Source: Bdellovibrionota bacterium
GTDB taxonomy: Bacteria > Bdellovibrionota > UBA1018 > CAIPTA01 > JAALKR01
Assembly: GCA_965207455.1 (NCBI GenBank)
Contig: CBDBMJ010000003.1
Span: 439,973-503,972, forward strand
DNA: 64,000 bases
Direction of reading: 5' to 3'
The position numbers and the translations under genes were made by a program. A model generated the notes under the pieces. That model searched no databases. It had not been told where the DNA came from and saw only the letters and a program-made list of their open reading frames with translations. Shown piece after piece: positions 22,286 to 32,295 of the stretch (positions are counted from its first letter, which is position 1; each line of letters starts with the position of its first letter).

Positions 22286-23290
22286 ATGGAACAATTCCCC
22301 ACTTTAGGGATTTTAGCTTTACTTATCTTTTCCGGTTTTTTTTCTGCAACAGAAACATCCATCCTAAGTCTAAGCAGCTCAAATCTCAAAGAATTAAAAG
22401 AAAAATGGCAGGCTTCGTTTCAGCGTATTCGCCACCTGCTGGAGCGCCCCAGTTCTCTTGTGGCTACTATTATGATTGGGAACGAATCGGCCAATGTGAT
22501 GTTGTCCAATGTCCTTGCGGATTATTATAATATTCACTTCCAATCTTGGGGCACTATTGTGGCTCTGAACTTGCTCACAGCCGTGCCTTTGATTATTTTA
22601 TTTGGAGAAATTACCCCTAGAGTATTTGCTGCTCAAGCAAATGTGACTACAATTAGAAAGGTCATTCCATTCGTTTGGGTTTTCTATAAAATTACATTTC
22701 CGTTGCGATTTATATTGGAATTATTTATGAGTATTTTTACGAAAATTTTCAAAGTAAAGAAATATACGATCCCTAATGTAAATGAAGATGATTTTCTGAG
22801 TATTGTGGAGGAAAGTAAAAGTAAGGGCGCTATACATGAGTCAGAAAAAGAGTTGATCGAGAATGTTTTTGAGTTCGATGATGATAAGATATCTGATATA
22901 TCGATACCCATAAAAGATTTCCCAACAGTTCATAAAGATACCTATATATCCGCAATATTGAAAGACATCACTCCAGAATTTGCCCCTCGAGTGCCCGTTA
23001 TTGGTGATTTCCCCAATGAGATTGTTGGCGTGCTTTACACAAAAGATCTATTGGCTCACAGCCATCGACCGGAAAGCAAAATGAAAGTACGGCATATAAT
23101 GAAAGAGCCTGTTTTTGTGGAACCCCAGACTCCAGTGGAAAGTATATTTAAACGCTTACGTCAACTTCGTGTGCATATAGCTTTTGTACAGGAAGAGGAC
23201 AATACGGTTTCTGGTGTAATCACTATGAATCAGATATTAGAACAAATATTTGGCGATTTTTTAGAGGAGGGTCATAAAAATCATGAGTAG
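22286..23290 (+). CDS. CNNM/DUF21-CBS (hemolysin/CorC-family) membrane protein
   Basis: FSGFFSATETS, FGEITPR, CBS pair. Confidence 0.85.
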   Translation: MEQFPTLGILALLIFSGFFSATETSILSLSSSNLKELKEKWQASFQRIRHLLERPSSLVATIMIGNESANVMLSNVLADYYNIHFQSWGTIVALNLLTAVPLIILFGEITPRVFAAQANVTTIRKVIPFVWVFYKITFPLRFILELFMSIFTKIFKVKKYTIPNVNEDDFLSIVEESKSKGAIHESEKELIENVFEFDDDKISDISIPIKDFPTVHKDTYISAILKDITPEFAPRVPVIGDFPNEIVGVLYTKDLLAHSHRPESKMKVRHIMKEPVFVEPQTPVESIFKRLRQLRVHIAFVQEEDNTVSGVITMNQILEQIFGDFLEEGHKNHE

Positions 23291-24536
23291 TTTTTTATTA
23301 TTCTTTAGCAATAATGCGCTCATCTTCCTTGCTTTGATCTTTCTCGTAAGCGCTGCCTTTTTTACTTCATCGGAGGTGGCTTTGATTAGCGCTAGTCGCA
23401 GTCGATTAAAAAAATTAAGAAAAGAGGGTAATGCTGGTGCCTCCATAGCGCTTATTTTGCTGGATAATGTGGAGTCCTTACTCATAACCACACAATTTGG
23501 CACGAATCTATCCATCGCGAGTGCCACCACTGTGCTCACCCTTTATAGCATTATTCACATAGGTAGTTCTGGGGAATGGTATGTGGTGGCTATTATTACA
23601 CCGTTCGTTCTACTATTCTGTGATAGCCTTCCCAAAATTCTTGCCCGTAGTTACCCTGAGGAAATTGGATTGCGATTCGCCTACCCGTTGTTTTTTATCC
23701 GTGGATTTCTTAAGCCCATAACCGGTGTGCTTTCCTTCTATACCAAAAGAATTTCCCGTCTCGCTGGAGGTCAAGAGGATAGCCTTACTCTTCGTAGAAA
23801 AACCCGGGAGCAACTTAACACTCTCCTAAGCGGAAGCGAAGGAGAGATGAAATTAACACAAAAAAGAATGGTTCGTAATATTTTGGAATTTTCTCAACAG
23901 TCGGTTCGGAATGCAATGCTTCCGCTGGTAAAGGTGGATGCTATTGAAAGTGAGGCTTCCATAAAAGAGGCCATCGAATTGTTTGAGAATTTGCGCCACT
24001 CTCGCATACCTATTTATAGTAATCGAATAGATAATATTGTGGGAATTTTAAATTTTATGGATTTATTTAACCAATGCGACTTAGATGACAACGTTACAGA
24101 TCATATGAGTAGCTGTATCTATGCTCCAGAACACCAGCGCTTGGAAGCACTGCTGATGAGCATGGAAGAAAAACAAGAATCCATGGCCATTGTGGTGGAT
24201 GAATATGGAGGTGCTGTTGGTATTATTACCAAAGAAGATGTGCTCGAAGAGGTTGTGGGCAATCTTTCCGATGAGTTTGATGAAAACACATTATTTTTCC
24301 ATCAAATTTCAGAAAACACATTTCTAGTAAATGTAAATATTGAAATATCTAACTTCAATGAACGCATGGGTGATGAGATTCCCAAAGGCGATTATGAAAC
24401 CTTATCCGGTTTTCTACTGCAACAGTTTAACTGCATCCCCAGCCTTGGTTCTGAACTCCACTATGGTAATTTAAAGTTTAAAGTGTACCGGGCCACCTCT
24501 AGGGCGGTACAATTTGTTATTGTTTCCAAGCGATAA
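23283..24536 (+). CDS. CNNM/DUF21-CBS-CorC membrane protein
   Basis: FFTSSEVAL, HSRIPIY, VVDEYGGAVGIITKEDVLEEVVG, CorC C-terminus. Confidence 0.88.
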   Translation: MSSFLLFFSNNALIFLALIFLVSAAFFTSSEVALISASRSRLKKLRKEGNAGASIALILLDNVESLLITTQFGTNLSIASATTVLTLYSIIHIGSSGEWYVVAIITPFVLLFCDSLPKILARSYPEEIGLRFAYPLFFIRGFLKPITGVLSFYTKRISRLAGGQEDSLTLRRKTREQLNTLLSGSEGEMKLTQKRMVRNILEFSQQSVRNAMLPLVKVDAIESEASIKEAIELFENLRHSRIPIYSNRIDNIVGILNFMDLFNQCDLDDNVTDHMSSCIYAPEHQRLEALLMSMEEKQESMAIVVDEYGGAVGIITKEDVLEEVVGNLSDEFDENTLFFHQISENTFLVNVNIEISNFNERMGDEIPKGDYETLSGFLLQQFNCIPSLGSELHYGNLKFKVYRATSRAVQFVIVSKR

Positions 24537-24554
24537 GGCTCCTACAATAGCTTT

Positions 24555-24935
24555 ATGGCTAACCCATCGAATAGTGCGCTATTGGTTACCCGGAGTGCGT
24601 ACTACCGAAAGCATTTAAAGAATCTCCTAGAGACATTAAAAATTCAGGTCTTAGCAGAAGCCATGGATGGTGCCCGCGCCTACCTATACTACCAATTCCA
24701 TAAACCAGCCTTGGTGGTGATTGATGTTCTGCTGAAGGAAAAATCGGGGCTACTGCTAGCTAAGGCCATTATTGCTAAAAATGCTGAAGCCCGGATACTC
24801 CTAGTCTCTTCTCTGGATACAAGAAAAATACGGGAGGAGGCGTTGTTTTCTGGTGCTAGCGACTTGCTCATCAAGCCCTTTTCTGATACAGAGTTTATGA
24901 GTAGTGTACAATACCTAATAGGGGATGGAAAATGA
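24555..24935 (+). CDS. Single-domain response regulator (atypical receiver)
   Basis: VVIDVLL, LVSS and KPF motifs; the beta1 acidic pair is replaced (LLVTRS). Confidence 0.75.
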   Translation: MANPSNSALLVTRSAYYRKHLKNLLETLKIQVLAEAMDGARAYLYYQFHKPALVVIDVLLKEKSGLLLAKAIIAKNAEARILLVSSLDTRKIREEALFSGASDLLIKPFSDTEFMSSVQYLIGDGK

Positions 24936-25177
24936 TCGTAATACGTCTATTGAGATTGATTAAAACTATTTGTTTTGTTGCTATTGTAGCACTGGCCACG
25001 GTTTATATTAGTCGCCAGGAATGGCGAGGGAAAACTATTGGGGAGCACGTAGTGGAGCAGGTAGAGGACTCTCCACTGCAAGAGATCTATGAGAAGGTCC
25101 GCAAGGAACTTTCAGAGAAGTATATGAAAACCCGGGATCGGGTAAATAATTGGATAGCGGAATTCGGTAAATCCTAG
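24932..25177 (+). CDS. Small membrane-anchored hypothetical protein
   Basis: Overlapping ATGA coupling to the receiver gene; N-terminal TM segment. Confidence 0.55.
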   Translation: MIVIRLLRLIKTICFVAIVALATVYISRQEWRGKTIGEHVVEQVEDSPLQEIYEKVRKELSEKYMKTRDRVNNWIAEFGKS

Positions 25178-25186
25178 ATCTACCTA

Positions 25187-25417
25187 TTAATAGCCAGGCT
25201 TGCCAAGATTACCACTTCCTGCATTCTTCTTGATTGCTAGTAGAATTTTGCCAGCATCGCCTAGGTTACAAACCACACCACAGGTGCCACTCTGCTGGCA
25301 GGCCCTATTTACGGAACTCATGCTTTGCATGCCCAAAGGGTCACTTGCAAATACATTTGCACTGGGAGCCAATATCGCTAATCCTATTGCTATTGCTATT
25401 AGACTTTGTTTCTTCAT
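25187..25417 (-). CDS. Small secreted Cys-containing protein (76 aa)
   Basis: AAAGGAG RBS, Sec signal peptide (..ANVFA), own sigma54 promoter. Confidence 0.7.
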   Translation of the reverse strand: MKKQSLIAIAIGLAILAPSANVFASDPLGMQSMSSVNRACQQSGTCGVVCNLGDAGKILLAIKKNAGSGNLGKPGY

Positions 25418-25448
25418 GTCGTATTTCTCCTTTCTATATAATATCTAA

Positions 25449-25465
25449 TGCAAGTATCTTGCCAA
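25449..25465 (-). promoter_or_regulatory. Sigma54 -24/-12 promoter
   Basis: Minus strand reads TTGGCAAGATACTTGCA (GG-N10-GC), ~30 nt upstream of ATG 25417. Confidence 0.7.
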
Positions 25466-25631
25466 CAGGGGGGAAATAAAGAATTTCCTTTTATTTCAAC
25501 TACTTATGATGAATTTGAGCAGAATCTGCCCATGGCTGATGAGAGGTATTTTGTCTATTTTGTTTACAGGTGTAAAAAAAAGGGACTATTTGCCCCTTTT
25601 CGACGCTATTTTAGCAGAATGGCAAGCTCTA

Positions 25632-25853
25632 TTATTGGCCTGTCCCGCTCTCCTCTTGTTTTTTATTCATGATTTCTCGCATTTTCTTGTTAATGGTTTC
25701 CTGAGTACAGTGCGCAGCGTGGCTGCCCTCTTCGCAGCAAGCAGCAATTAACGCTTCCAGATCCAGTTGACCAATATCCTGCGCTGCTGCCACGTTCAGT
25801 GCAGATGGGGTAGCGGTAAACATAAGTACAGAAACAATAAATATTTTTAACAT
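25632..25853 (-). CDS. Small secreted protein (73 aa) downstream of the RHS gene; positional analogue of hit/Bd0108
   Basis: AGGAGG RBS, signal peptide, charged C-terminus. The analogy rests on synteny only. Confidence 0.65.
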   Translation of the reverse strand: MLKIFIVSVLMFTATPSALNVAAAQDIGQLDLEALIAACCEEGSHAAHCTQETINKKMREIMNKKQEESGTGQ

Positions 25854-25895
25854 AACTAAGAACCTCCTATTATAAACTCTAGCCCACTCATACTT

Positions 25896-27539
25896 CTATA
25901 TCGGCTGGACACCTGCGGGCCTAATGATTTCCAGCAAACCTTGAAACGTTCTCGTGATAGTGGATACAATTGCCCGCTTCCCTTGGGTGCTATTAGCGAG
26001 GGATCGTTTGGAACCACCACGAGCAACAGCCTTAGCAGAGTTCATCTTGCCTGCCTTATCATAGCCTATATCAATAGCGCCCACATTTTCTTGTTCTATC
26101 CTTGTAAGTCTAGAGGATTTTCTAAAATAGTTGAATTTCACTTTCTGACCTTTCCCGTTCACAAAAGTAGCCAGTCGTCCTTGGCGGTCGTAGACAATCT
26201 TTATTTCTTTGCCGCCTGGTCCAGCAGCTTTTTTCAGGAGACCATTAAGAGCATACCCATAGGTATAGGTGGTTGTTCTTTTCTCCTTTTTATAAAATGT
26301 GGTAACTTTCGTGGGCTTTCCAGGAAATTTCCTACTATATTGCCAAATAGTTTTCTTTTTAGGAGAGTCTTTCATTTTTAGGCTGCCACTGGGATAATAC
26401 TCATATGTGGTTACGTCCTTACCGGAGAGGATTTTTAATGGCTGACTACAACAGCCATTGTATGTGGTTGTTGTCTTTTTTCCGTTAACAGTGCTGGAAA
26501 ATTTTTTCTTATAAAGAGAGCCATCCTCTCTTTTCCCATACCAATACTCGTACTCTCTTTTTGTTACTTTTTTACCTGATGTTGTTGTGATTGAGGTTTT
26601 GAAGTGGGTATTTTTAGGGTTCGACCAATACGTATATCTCTGAGCAAGATTTCCGACCTTCAATTCTTTCACCATGCCTCCCTTGCCTTTTTGAGAACTA
26701 GGAGACCAGTAGGTAATGGTTTCCTGCCTGCTGCTCGGATAGGTAATTTTTGTGAGATTATGAGCCGCATCGTACTCGTATTTGAAGGTATTCCCTATGG
26801 CATCTTTGGAGGTGATCAAATCTCCCTTTCCACACTTATGTTTAATACTGTATTTTTTACTGGGGCAGTATGTATAGCGTACTTCCTTTTTGTCGCTATT
26901 TCTTATGGCTTTGACTTTTCCATTGGGACCAATGGTGAAGCTCAAGTACCCAGAGCGATTGCTTATTTTTTTCAAATTATTGTTGCTATATTTTATAGTG
27001 ATAGTATCTTTAGTGGGTCTAACTTTTACAATTTTTGTAACTCTATAGCCTGTTTTTTGACCCACAAACCGCTGTTTCGTAGGCAGGATTACTCGATGGG
27101 TGAAATAAATTTTTTCTCCATTTGCTAAAGTTCGTACAAAACCCTTGCCACCAGGAAGAACCTCAAGGTGTTGCTTTTTTCCTCTATTGGAGCTGGTGAG
27201 TTTCATTCCTGCCTTTAATTGTCTATTAGATGAACTGCTATTATGTTCAAATTTAGTTCTTGTGCCACCGCCACTCTCTATAACAGATACCGTGTTTTTA
27301 TTGGAAACTAACAGGATGGATTCAAACTCCGTACCCCAGCCATAACCTAGCATGCCGTTGTATTCAGTTTGGCTATTATAGATACGTTTTATCTGTAAAA
27401 AATTTGCTCTTTCATTGGTGCTCTTTATATCCACAAAGCCCGTGAAATAATTTCCATTGGCACTGGCCACCAGTGCGTATGCCTTTGGCATAAACAAAAG
27501 ACTAACAAGTAAAAAAGCAGATTGTATTGTTCGAGTCAT
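25896..27539 (-). CDS. Secreted RHS/YD-repeat protein without a toxin tip (Bd0109-like)
   Basis: Signal peptide; RIYNSQ..GMLGYGW (RHS-associated N-domain); YEYDAAHNLTKITYP and YDRQGRL repeats. Confidence 0.8.
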   Translation of the reverse strand: MTRTIQSAFLLVSLLFMPKAYALVASANGNYFTGFVDIKSTNERANFLQIKRIYNSQTEYNGMLGYGWGTEFESILLVSNKNTVSVIESGGGTRTKFEHNSSSSNRQLKAGMKLTSSNRGKKQHLEVLPGGKGFVRTLANGEKIYFTHRVILPTKQRFVGQKTGYRVTKIVKVRPTKDTITIKYSNNNLKKISNRSGYLSFTIGPNGKVKAIRNSDKKEVRYTYCPSKKYSIKHKCGKGDLITSKDAIGNTFKYEYDAAHNLTKITYPSSRQETITYWSPSSQKGKGGMVKELKVGNLAQRYTYWSNPKNTHFKTSITTTSGKKVTKREYEYWYGKREDGSLYKKKFSSTVNGKKTTTTYNGCCSQPLKILSGKDVTTYEYYPSGSLKMKDSPKKKTIWQYSRKFPGKPTKVTTFYKKEKRTTTYTYGYALNGLLKKAAGPGGKEIKIVYDRQGRLATFVNGKGQKVKFNYFRKSSRLTRIEQENVGAIDIGYDKAGKMNSAKAVARGGSKRSLANSTQGKRAIVSTITRTFQGLLEIIRPAGVQPI

Positions 27540-27593
27540 GATTTATTCGTCCCCCATATTTAATTTTATTCTAGTTCCTATCTTTTAGAAACC

Positions 27594-28469
27594 CTAAACT
27601 TTAATTTGAATCACTTTAATAATAACAAAACCACCCACAAACTGTAAGGTAAGGATTAGTCCTGTGAGGAGCCATCCTAGAGGAGTTGTGAATAGCGGAG
27701 TAATAAAGTTGGGATCACTTAAGTAGAACATCACCCCTAGGCCAAAGGGCATACAGAAGACAATAACCCCCTGACTCACTCCCTGAGATACCATTGCGGA
27801 GATCTTCTGTTCCACCTTTATGCGCTCTCGAATGGTATATACAATTGTTTCAAATGTTTCGGCAAGATTTCCCCCCGTTTCTTTAAGAATAATTACTGAG
27901 GTTACAAACATGTTGACGTCCTCTGAGGGAATTCTCTTTGCTAGATTTTGAAAGGATTCTTCTACCGTCACCCCCAGTTGGTTCTGCTTAAGAATATAGT
28001 CGAATTCCTTCGACATAGGGTCGGGCATTTCTTTTTTCACCATTCCAATAGCTTGTATAATAGATAGACCAGACTTCATGCCATTTGCCATTAAACTTAA
28101 GCCATCGATCATCTGTATGTTAAATTTCTGAATCCGTTGGTTCACGATGCGGTTCACTACCATCCTGGGCACAAACCACATAACTGCGAACACAAGAAAG
28201 CTAAAAATAATGGCAGGCCAGAGTTGGGGTAATATGAGAAGAAAGATGAGTAGGGCAGGAATACCAGGGGTTAGGATCAGAATGAGTAGAACGCGATTGG
28301 GAGAGACCTCTATGAACATTTTGGCCATGGCATCCACAATATAATCCCGTGTACCAATGGATTGCCAACGAAGCCATTCTAAGAGTCGACCAATATTTTT
28401 CACAGAGACATAAAATATCATTAGGCCGACTAATAAGGAAATTCCTAATGGACTAAAGTAATCGACCAC
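27594..28469 (-). CDS. tadB: Tad pilus inner-membrane platform protein TadB
   Basis: T2SSF-type domain: LSLMANGMKSGLS...ETGGNLAE. Confidence 0.85.
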   Translation of the reverse strand: MVDYFSPLGISLLVGLMIFYVSVKNIGRLLEWLRWQSIGTRDYIVDAMAKMFIEVSPNRVLLILILTPGIPALLIFLLILPQLWPAIIFSFLVFAVMWFVPRMVVNRIVNQRIQKFNIQMIDGLSLMANGMKSGLSIIQAIGMVKKEMPDPMSKEFDYILKQNQLGVTVEESFQNLAKRIPSEDVNMFVTSVIILKETGGNLAETFETIVYTIRERIKVEQKISAMVSQGVSQGVIVFCMPFGLGVMFYLSDPNFITPLFTTPLGWLLTGLILTLQFVGGFVIIKVIQIKV

Positions 28470-28472
28470 GGC

Positions 28473-30695
28473 TTAACTGACCTTCCTTGTTGGGAGGACA
28501 GGTTTTACGGTGGGTCGAGCGACCTTGCTTTGTATGAATAAGGATCGAGGTATTTTTATTCCTCGATTCTCCATGGTTTCCACAAATTTTGGTATAAAAC
28601 CCGTGGGTAGAATCTCACCAATTACCTTTCGCCGTTTATCTAAACCGGACTGCTTAAACAAAAATATATCCTGCAAGCTTACTGTGTCTCCTTGCATCCC
28701 AACCACCTCTGTAATATGGGTGATCTTTCGAGAACCGTCCGAGAGTCGAGATTGCTGTACAATCAAGTTTACTGCGCTGGTGATTTGCTCGCGAATGGCT
28801 TTTACGGGAAGGTTCATACCCGCCATCATCACCAGAGTTTCTAGACGGGAAATGGAGTCTCTTGGATTATTAGCGTGTACCGTAGTTAAACTCCCATCGT
28901 GTCCCGTGTTCATGGCTTGCAACATATCTAGAGCTTCCCCCGCTCTACACTCACCCACTATCACCCGGTCAGGTTTCATTCTTAGGGATTGTTTCACTAG
29001 ATCTCGAATGGATACTTCTCCCTCCCCTTCAATGTTTTTTGGACGAGTCTCCAAGCGAACCACATGATCTTGGGCTAAGTCCAGCTCGGCTGCATCCTCA
29101 CAGGTAATAATTCGCTCAGTACTAGGAATAAAATTGGAAAGCACATTCAGGAGTGTGGTCTTACCAGAACCGGTGCCTCCAGACACAACCATGTTGAGCC
29201 TACCCTCCACACAAATACGGAGAAAATCGGCAATTTCTTGGGTCATGGAATTTTTATCCACCAGGTCTCTCCAGGTCATGCGCTCGTCGGGAAACTTACG
29301 AATAGTAACGGTGGGTCCCTTGATAGCCAAGGGAGGAATAATGGCATGGACCCGGGAACCATCGGCAAGACGAGCATCCACATAGGGAGATTTCTCGTCA
29401 ATACGACGACCTAAAGGCATTACAATTCTTTCTATAATGTTGATGAGCTGCTGATCGCTAGAAAAGGTGGTGGGGGATAAGATATTTTTACCTGCTTGCT
29501 CAATATAAATTCTGTCTCTAGCAATTACCATAATTTCTGATACGGTTGGATCGGCTAAAAGATCTTCCAAAGGCCCCAGCCCAAGAGCTTCATCTAAAAT
29601 TTCTTTCACCAAAGATTGCATAGCATCCCGACCCTGACCTATGGAAGATAGATCTTCATTATTTAAAATAGATACAATCGAACTTTTACATTTATTTCTT
29701 AAAGCATCGTCGTGTATATTCGTTCCTTCTTTTTTTAAATCCACCTGCACTACTAATTCCTTATGCACACGAAGCTTAAGAGTGGAGCGAGCATCCGTGG
29801 GTTTACCAGCGCTACGCGCTTTACCGGCGCCCTCTTTTTGAGCCATGGGCCTCTTTATTGATGGCCGAGATACTTTTTTCACTGTGGAAAGTTTATACAG
29901 GAGTTTGGTTTGTTGTATCTTCCTTACCAACTCATGGTAAGCCCGAGTACTTGGAGATCGGAGCGCTGATAGAAGGAGGGGACTTCCGGCAGAGAGTGCT
30001 GCGGCATTAGATGCGGCATCCTCAGGTATCATGGCGTACACCGGATGGCCGATATTTTTTTCTACTGTGGCAGCATTTACGGGTGCATTTGGTGTAAACC
30101 GGTTTAATATCACTTGGATCATCTCTTTGGGAAATAAATTATCAGCAATTCCTTTTATCAATCGACGGCTCTGATGAACTGCTAATAGTTCTGGAATGGT
30201 GACGAGAAAAATTCCTGTGGAGCATTCCATGGCTTTTATGGTGTGGACGCTCATGCTGGCACCACAGTCCACAACTATTATGGGGTAGACCTGTGTGATA
30301 GATTTATAGAATTTTGCTAACGTATCTGCCTGTAGGGAATTTGATGCATCAGCATCCGTGGGAGCAGCAAGAAAATGCAGGCCACTGGGATGCTGGTTTA
30401 CCAGTTTTACCATGGCACTCGTATCGTAATTACCCACATGGTTGAGTGCTTCTTTCAAACCTTTGGGATTCTTCATGCCTAGAATGAGATTTTGGTCACC
30501 ACAGGCCACTAAATCCTGATCCACTAAAAGTGTGCGCATTCCAAATTCTTTATGAAAACCTAAAGCAAGGTTAGCAGCGAAAACACTTTTGCCAACACCT
30601 CCCTTACCTCCAACAACAGATATTATATAACCAGCCAATGTATATTTCCCTCCTTTTTTATCTATAGCGACGCTTGCTTCGCCTCTTACTGCCAA
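28473..30695 (-). CDS. tadA: CpaE/TadZ (MinD-like) fused to the CpaF/TadA assembly ATPase
   Basis: N-terminal deviant Walker A GGKGGVGKS; C-terminal GGTGSGKTT, LRMKPDRVIVGECR, AMNTGHDG. Confidence 0.9.
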   Translation of the reverse strand: MAVRGEASVAIDKKGGKYTLAGYIISVVGGKGGVGKSVFAANLALGFHKEFGMRTLLVDQDLVACGDQNLILGMKNPKGLKEALNHVGNYDTSAMVKLVNQHPSGLHFLAAPTDADASNSLQADTLAKFYKSITQVYPIIVVDCGASMSVHTIKAMECSTGIFLVTIPELLAVHQSRRLIKGIADNLFPKEMIQVILNRFTPNAPVNAATVEKNIGHPVYAMIPEDAASNAAALSAGSPLLLSALRSPSTRAYHELVRKIQQTKLLYKLSTVKKVSRPSIKRPMAQKEGAGKARSAGKPTDARSTLKLRVHKELVVQVDLKKEGTNIHDDALRNKCKSSIVSILNNEDLSSIGQGRDAMQSLVKEILDEALGLGPLEDLLADPTVSEIMVIARDRIYIEQAGKNILSPTTFSSDQQLINIIERIVMPLGRRIDEKSPYVDARLADGSRVHAIIPPLAIKGPTVTIRKFPDERMTWRDLVDKNSMTQEIADFLRICVEGRLNMVVSGGTGSGKTTLLNVLSNFIPSTERIITCEDAAELDLAQDHVVRLETRPKNIEGEGEVSIRDLVKQSLRMKPDRVIVGECRAGEALDMLQAMNTGHDGSLTTVHANNPRDSISRLETLVMMAGMNLPVKAIREQITSAVNLIVQQSRLSDGSRKITHITEVVGMQGDTVSLQDIFLFKQSGLDKRRKVIGEILPTGFIPKFVETMENRGIKIPRSLFIQSKVARPTVKPVLPTRKVS

Positions 30696-32223
30696 TAATT
30701 TTACGTTTAATATCTGCTGTACCCTTTGCTGCGTCCTGAATAATTTTGGGAGTAAGAAATACTAAAAATTGGGTTTTATTTGTTCGGAAAGCTCGAGATC
30801 GGAGAAGGGTAAGTATGGGATTTCCTCCACCCCCGCTCCCACCCGGATCCTTATCCACATCAATAGCCATATTGTTGGAGATCAAGCCGCCTAGAACAGC
30901 GCTATCTCCCGATCGAATAAGAATGGAGTTTTTTAAGGAAGTTCTAGTAGTTCTAGGAGCGCCGGCACCACTTGCACCAGAAGGGGCGGAGAAATTAAAT
31001 TCTGTATCTTTTAGTTCCAGCATATCTTTACCCTTTACTGTAGGTTTTAAACTAATGGAAAGACCAATATTGATAAGAGAGGTAATGGGAACTCCATCCT
31101 GCACTCCGGAAATATAAGGAACAGAATCCTGACGGTCTAAGGAGATCAAACTTCCCGATATACCGATTGCTACAGCAGAATGCAGTACTCTCGAATAACC
31201 TCCATTTTTCCCCGATTGCAATTTCGGGAAAAGATCTCTAATCGTGCCAGAAAAAGTGCCTCCTGAGGAAGCGCCAATCCCACCAGTTTCGGATTGACCA
31301 AAATTTAAACCTGCATCTGTGCTTAAAGTTGGGGCCCATTTAAAAAGAGCAGTCTTTGCATATTCTTTACCGATCTCCACAAAATGAAATGTAACACGAA
31401 CCATTTTTGGTGCTGGCGGTGGAGGCCGTTGAGTTATGGTAATTAAATTTCGAATAGCTTGTTTTTTAACAGTCTGTAATATTCCATCCGCCACAGACTG
31501 AGAAGATATTATTTCTGGCACGTATGTTCTAGCAATATCTTCTGCCTTTGCTTTACTGATACCATTGCTCACAGTGCCCTCTAGAAAAAGTGTGTTGTTC
31601 GCTAGGCGAACTGTTATATTTACTCCCCAAGGATTTCGATTGATCTCGTCCTGTATTCGCCGTGCCGACTCCCGTTTAGATACTCTGCTAAGTCCGACTA
31701 AATTTAAAATGCCTCCCTTGGCACCACCGAAAGCATTGGCCACATTTATTATTCTATCCAAATCTTTTGGAACAATGAGATCTCCATCAATAATGATTTT
31801 TTCTCCCACACTGGTGATAGTAATGCCTTCCACGTTATCTAATAGCTGACGCATTTGTCGTACCCGTTCAGATAAATCTGTTGTGCGTACGTTGTAGTTT
31901 ATAATTTTCGCTACATTGTTGTTCAAATCTCGAATTAATATATTTGTGCTCCCCTTTTCTTGGGGAAATATATAAAGTTTTGTGGAGCCCGGAATTGGTT
32001 GCACCTTTAAAATCTTAGGATCTCCTATATCCACACCACCGGGTTGGAATGTTAGTTCTAAAATTTCCACAGTGCCGGCAATAATGTTTCGTTGCTCGGG
32101 TGCCTCTTTTTTCTTTTCACCCGTTAGCGAAGCTTTATTTTGAGAGTACACGGCAACAGGGATATACAATACTGTGAGACACAGTCCAATCACAAGATTC
32201 TGTTTTTTAAAAAAATAATTCAT
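30658..32223 (-). CDS. CpaC/RcpA-like secretin with BON domains
   Basis: Signal peptide, pilus-secretin N-domain (VDIGDPKIL), BON-like repeats, C-terminal SGDSAVLGGL...FLVFLTPKII. Confidence 0.75.
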   Translation of the reverse strand: MNYFFKKQNLVIGLCLTVLYIPVAVYSQNKASLTGEKKKEAPEQRNIIAGTVEILELTFQPGGVDIGDPKILKVQPIPGSTKLYIFPQEKGSTNILIRDLNNNVAKIINYNVRTTDLSERVRQMRQLLDNVEGITITSVGEKIIIDGDLIVPKDLDRIINVANAFGGAKGGILNLVGLSRVSKRESARRIQDEINRNPWGVNITVRLANNTLFLEGTVSNGISKAKAEDIARTYVPEIISSQSVADGILQTVKKQAIRNLITITQRPPPPAPKMVRVTFHFVEIGKEYAKTALFKWAPTLSTDAGLNFGQSETGGIGASSGGTFSGTIRDLFPKLQSGKNGGYSRVLHSAVAIGISGSLISLDRQDSVPYISGVQDGVPITSLINIGLSISLKPTVKGKDMLELKDTEFNFSAPSGASGAGAPRTTRTSLKNSILIRSGDSAVLGGLISNNMAIDVDKDPGGSGGGGNPILTLLRSRAFRTNKTQFLVFLTPKIIQDAAKGTADIKRKIIGSKRRSKRRYR

Positions 32224-32295
32224 TCCTAGTATTTAGAGTAACAGAATCCAGAGATAAGCGGCAAGGAACGAAAGCTCAACAAACAATAATAGGGT

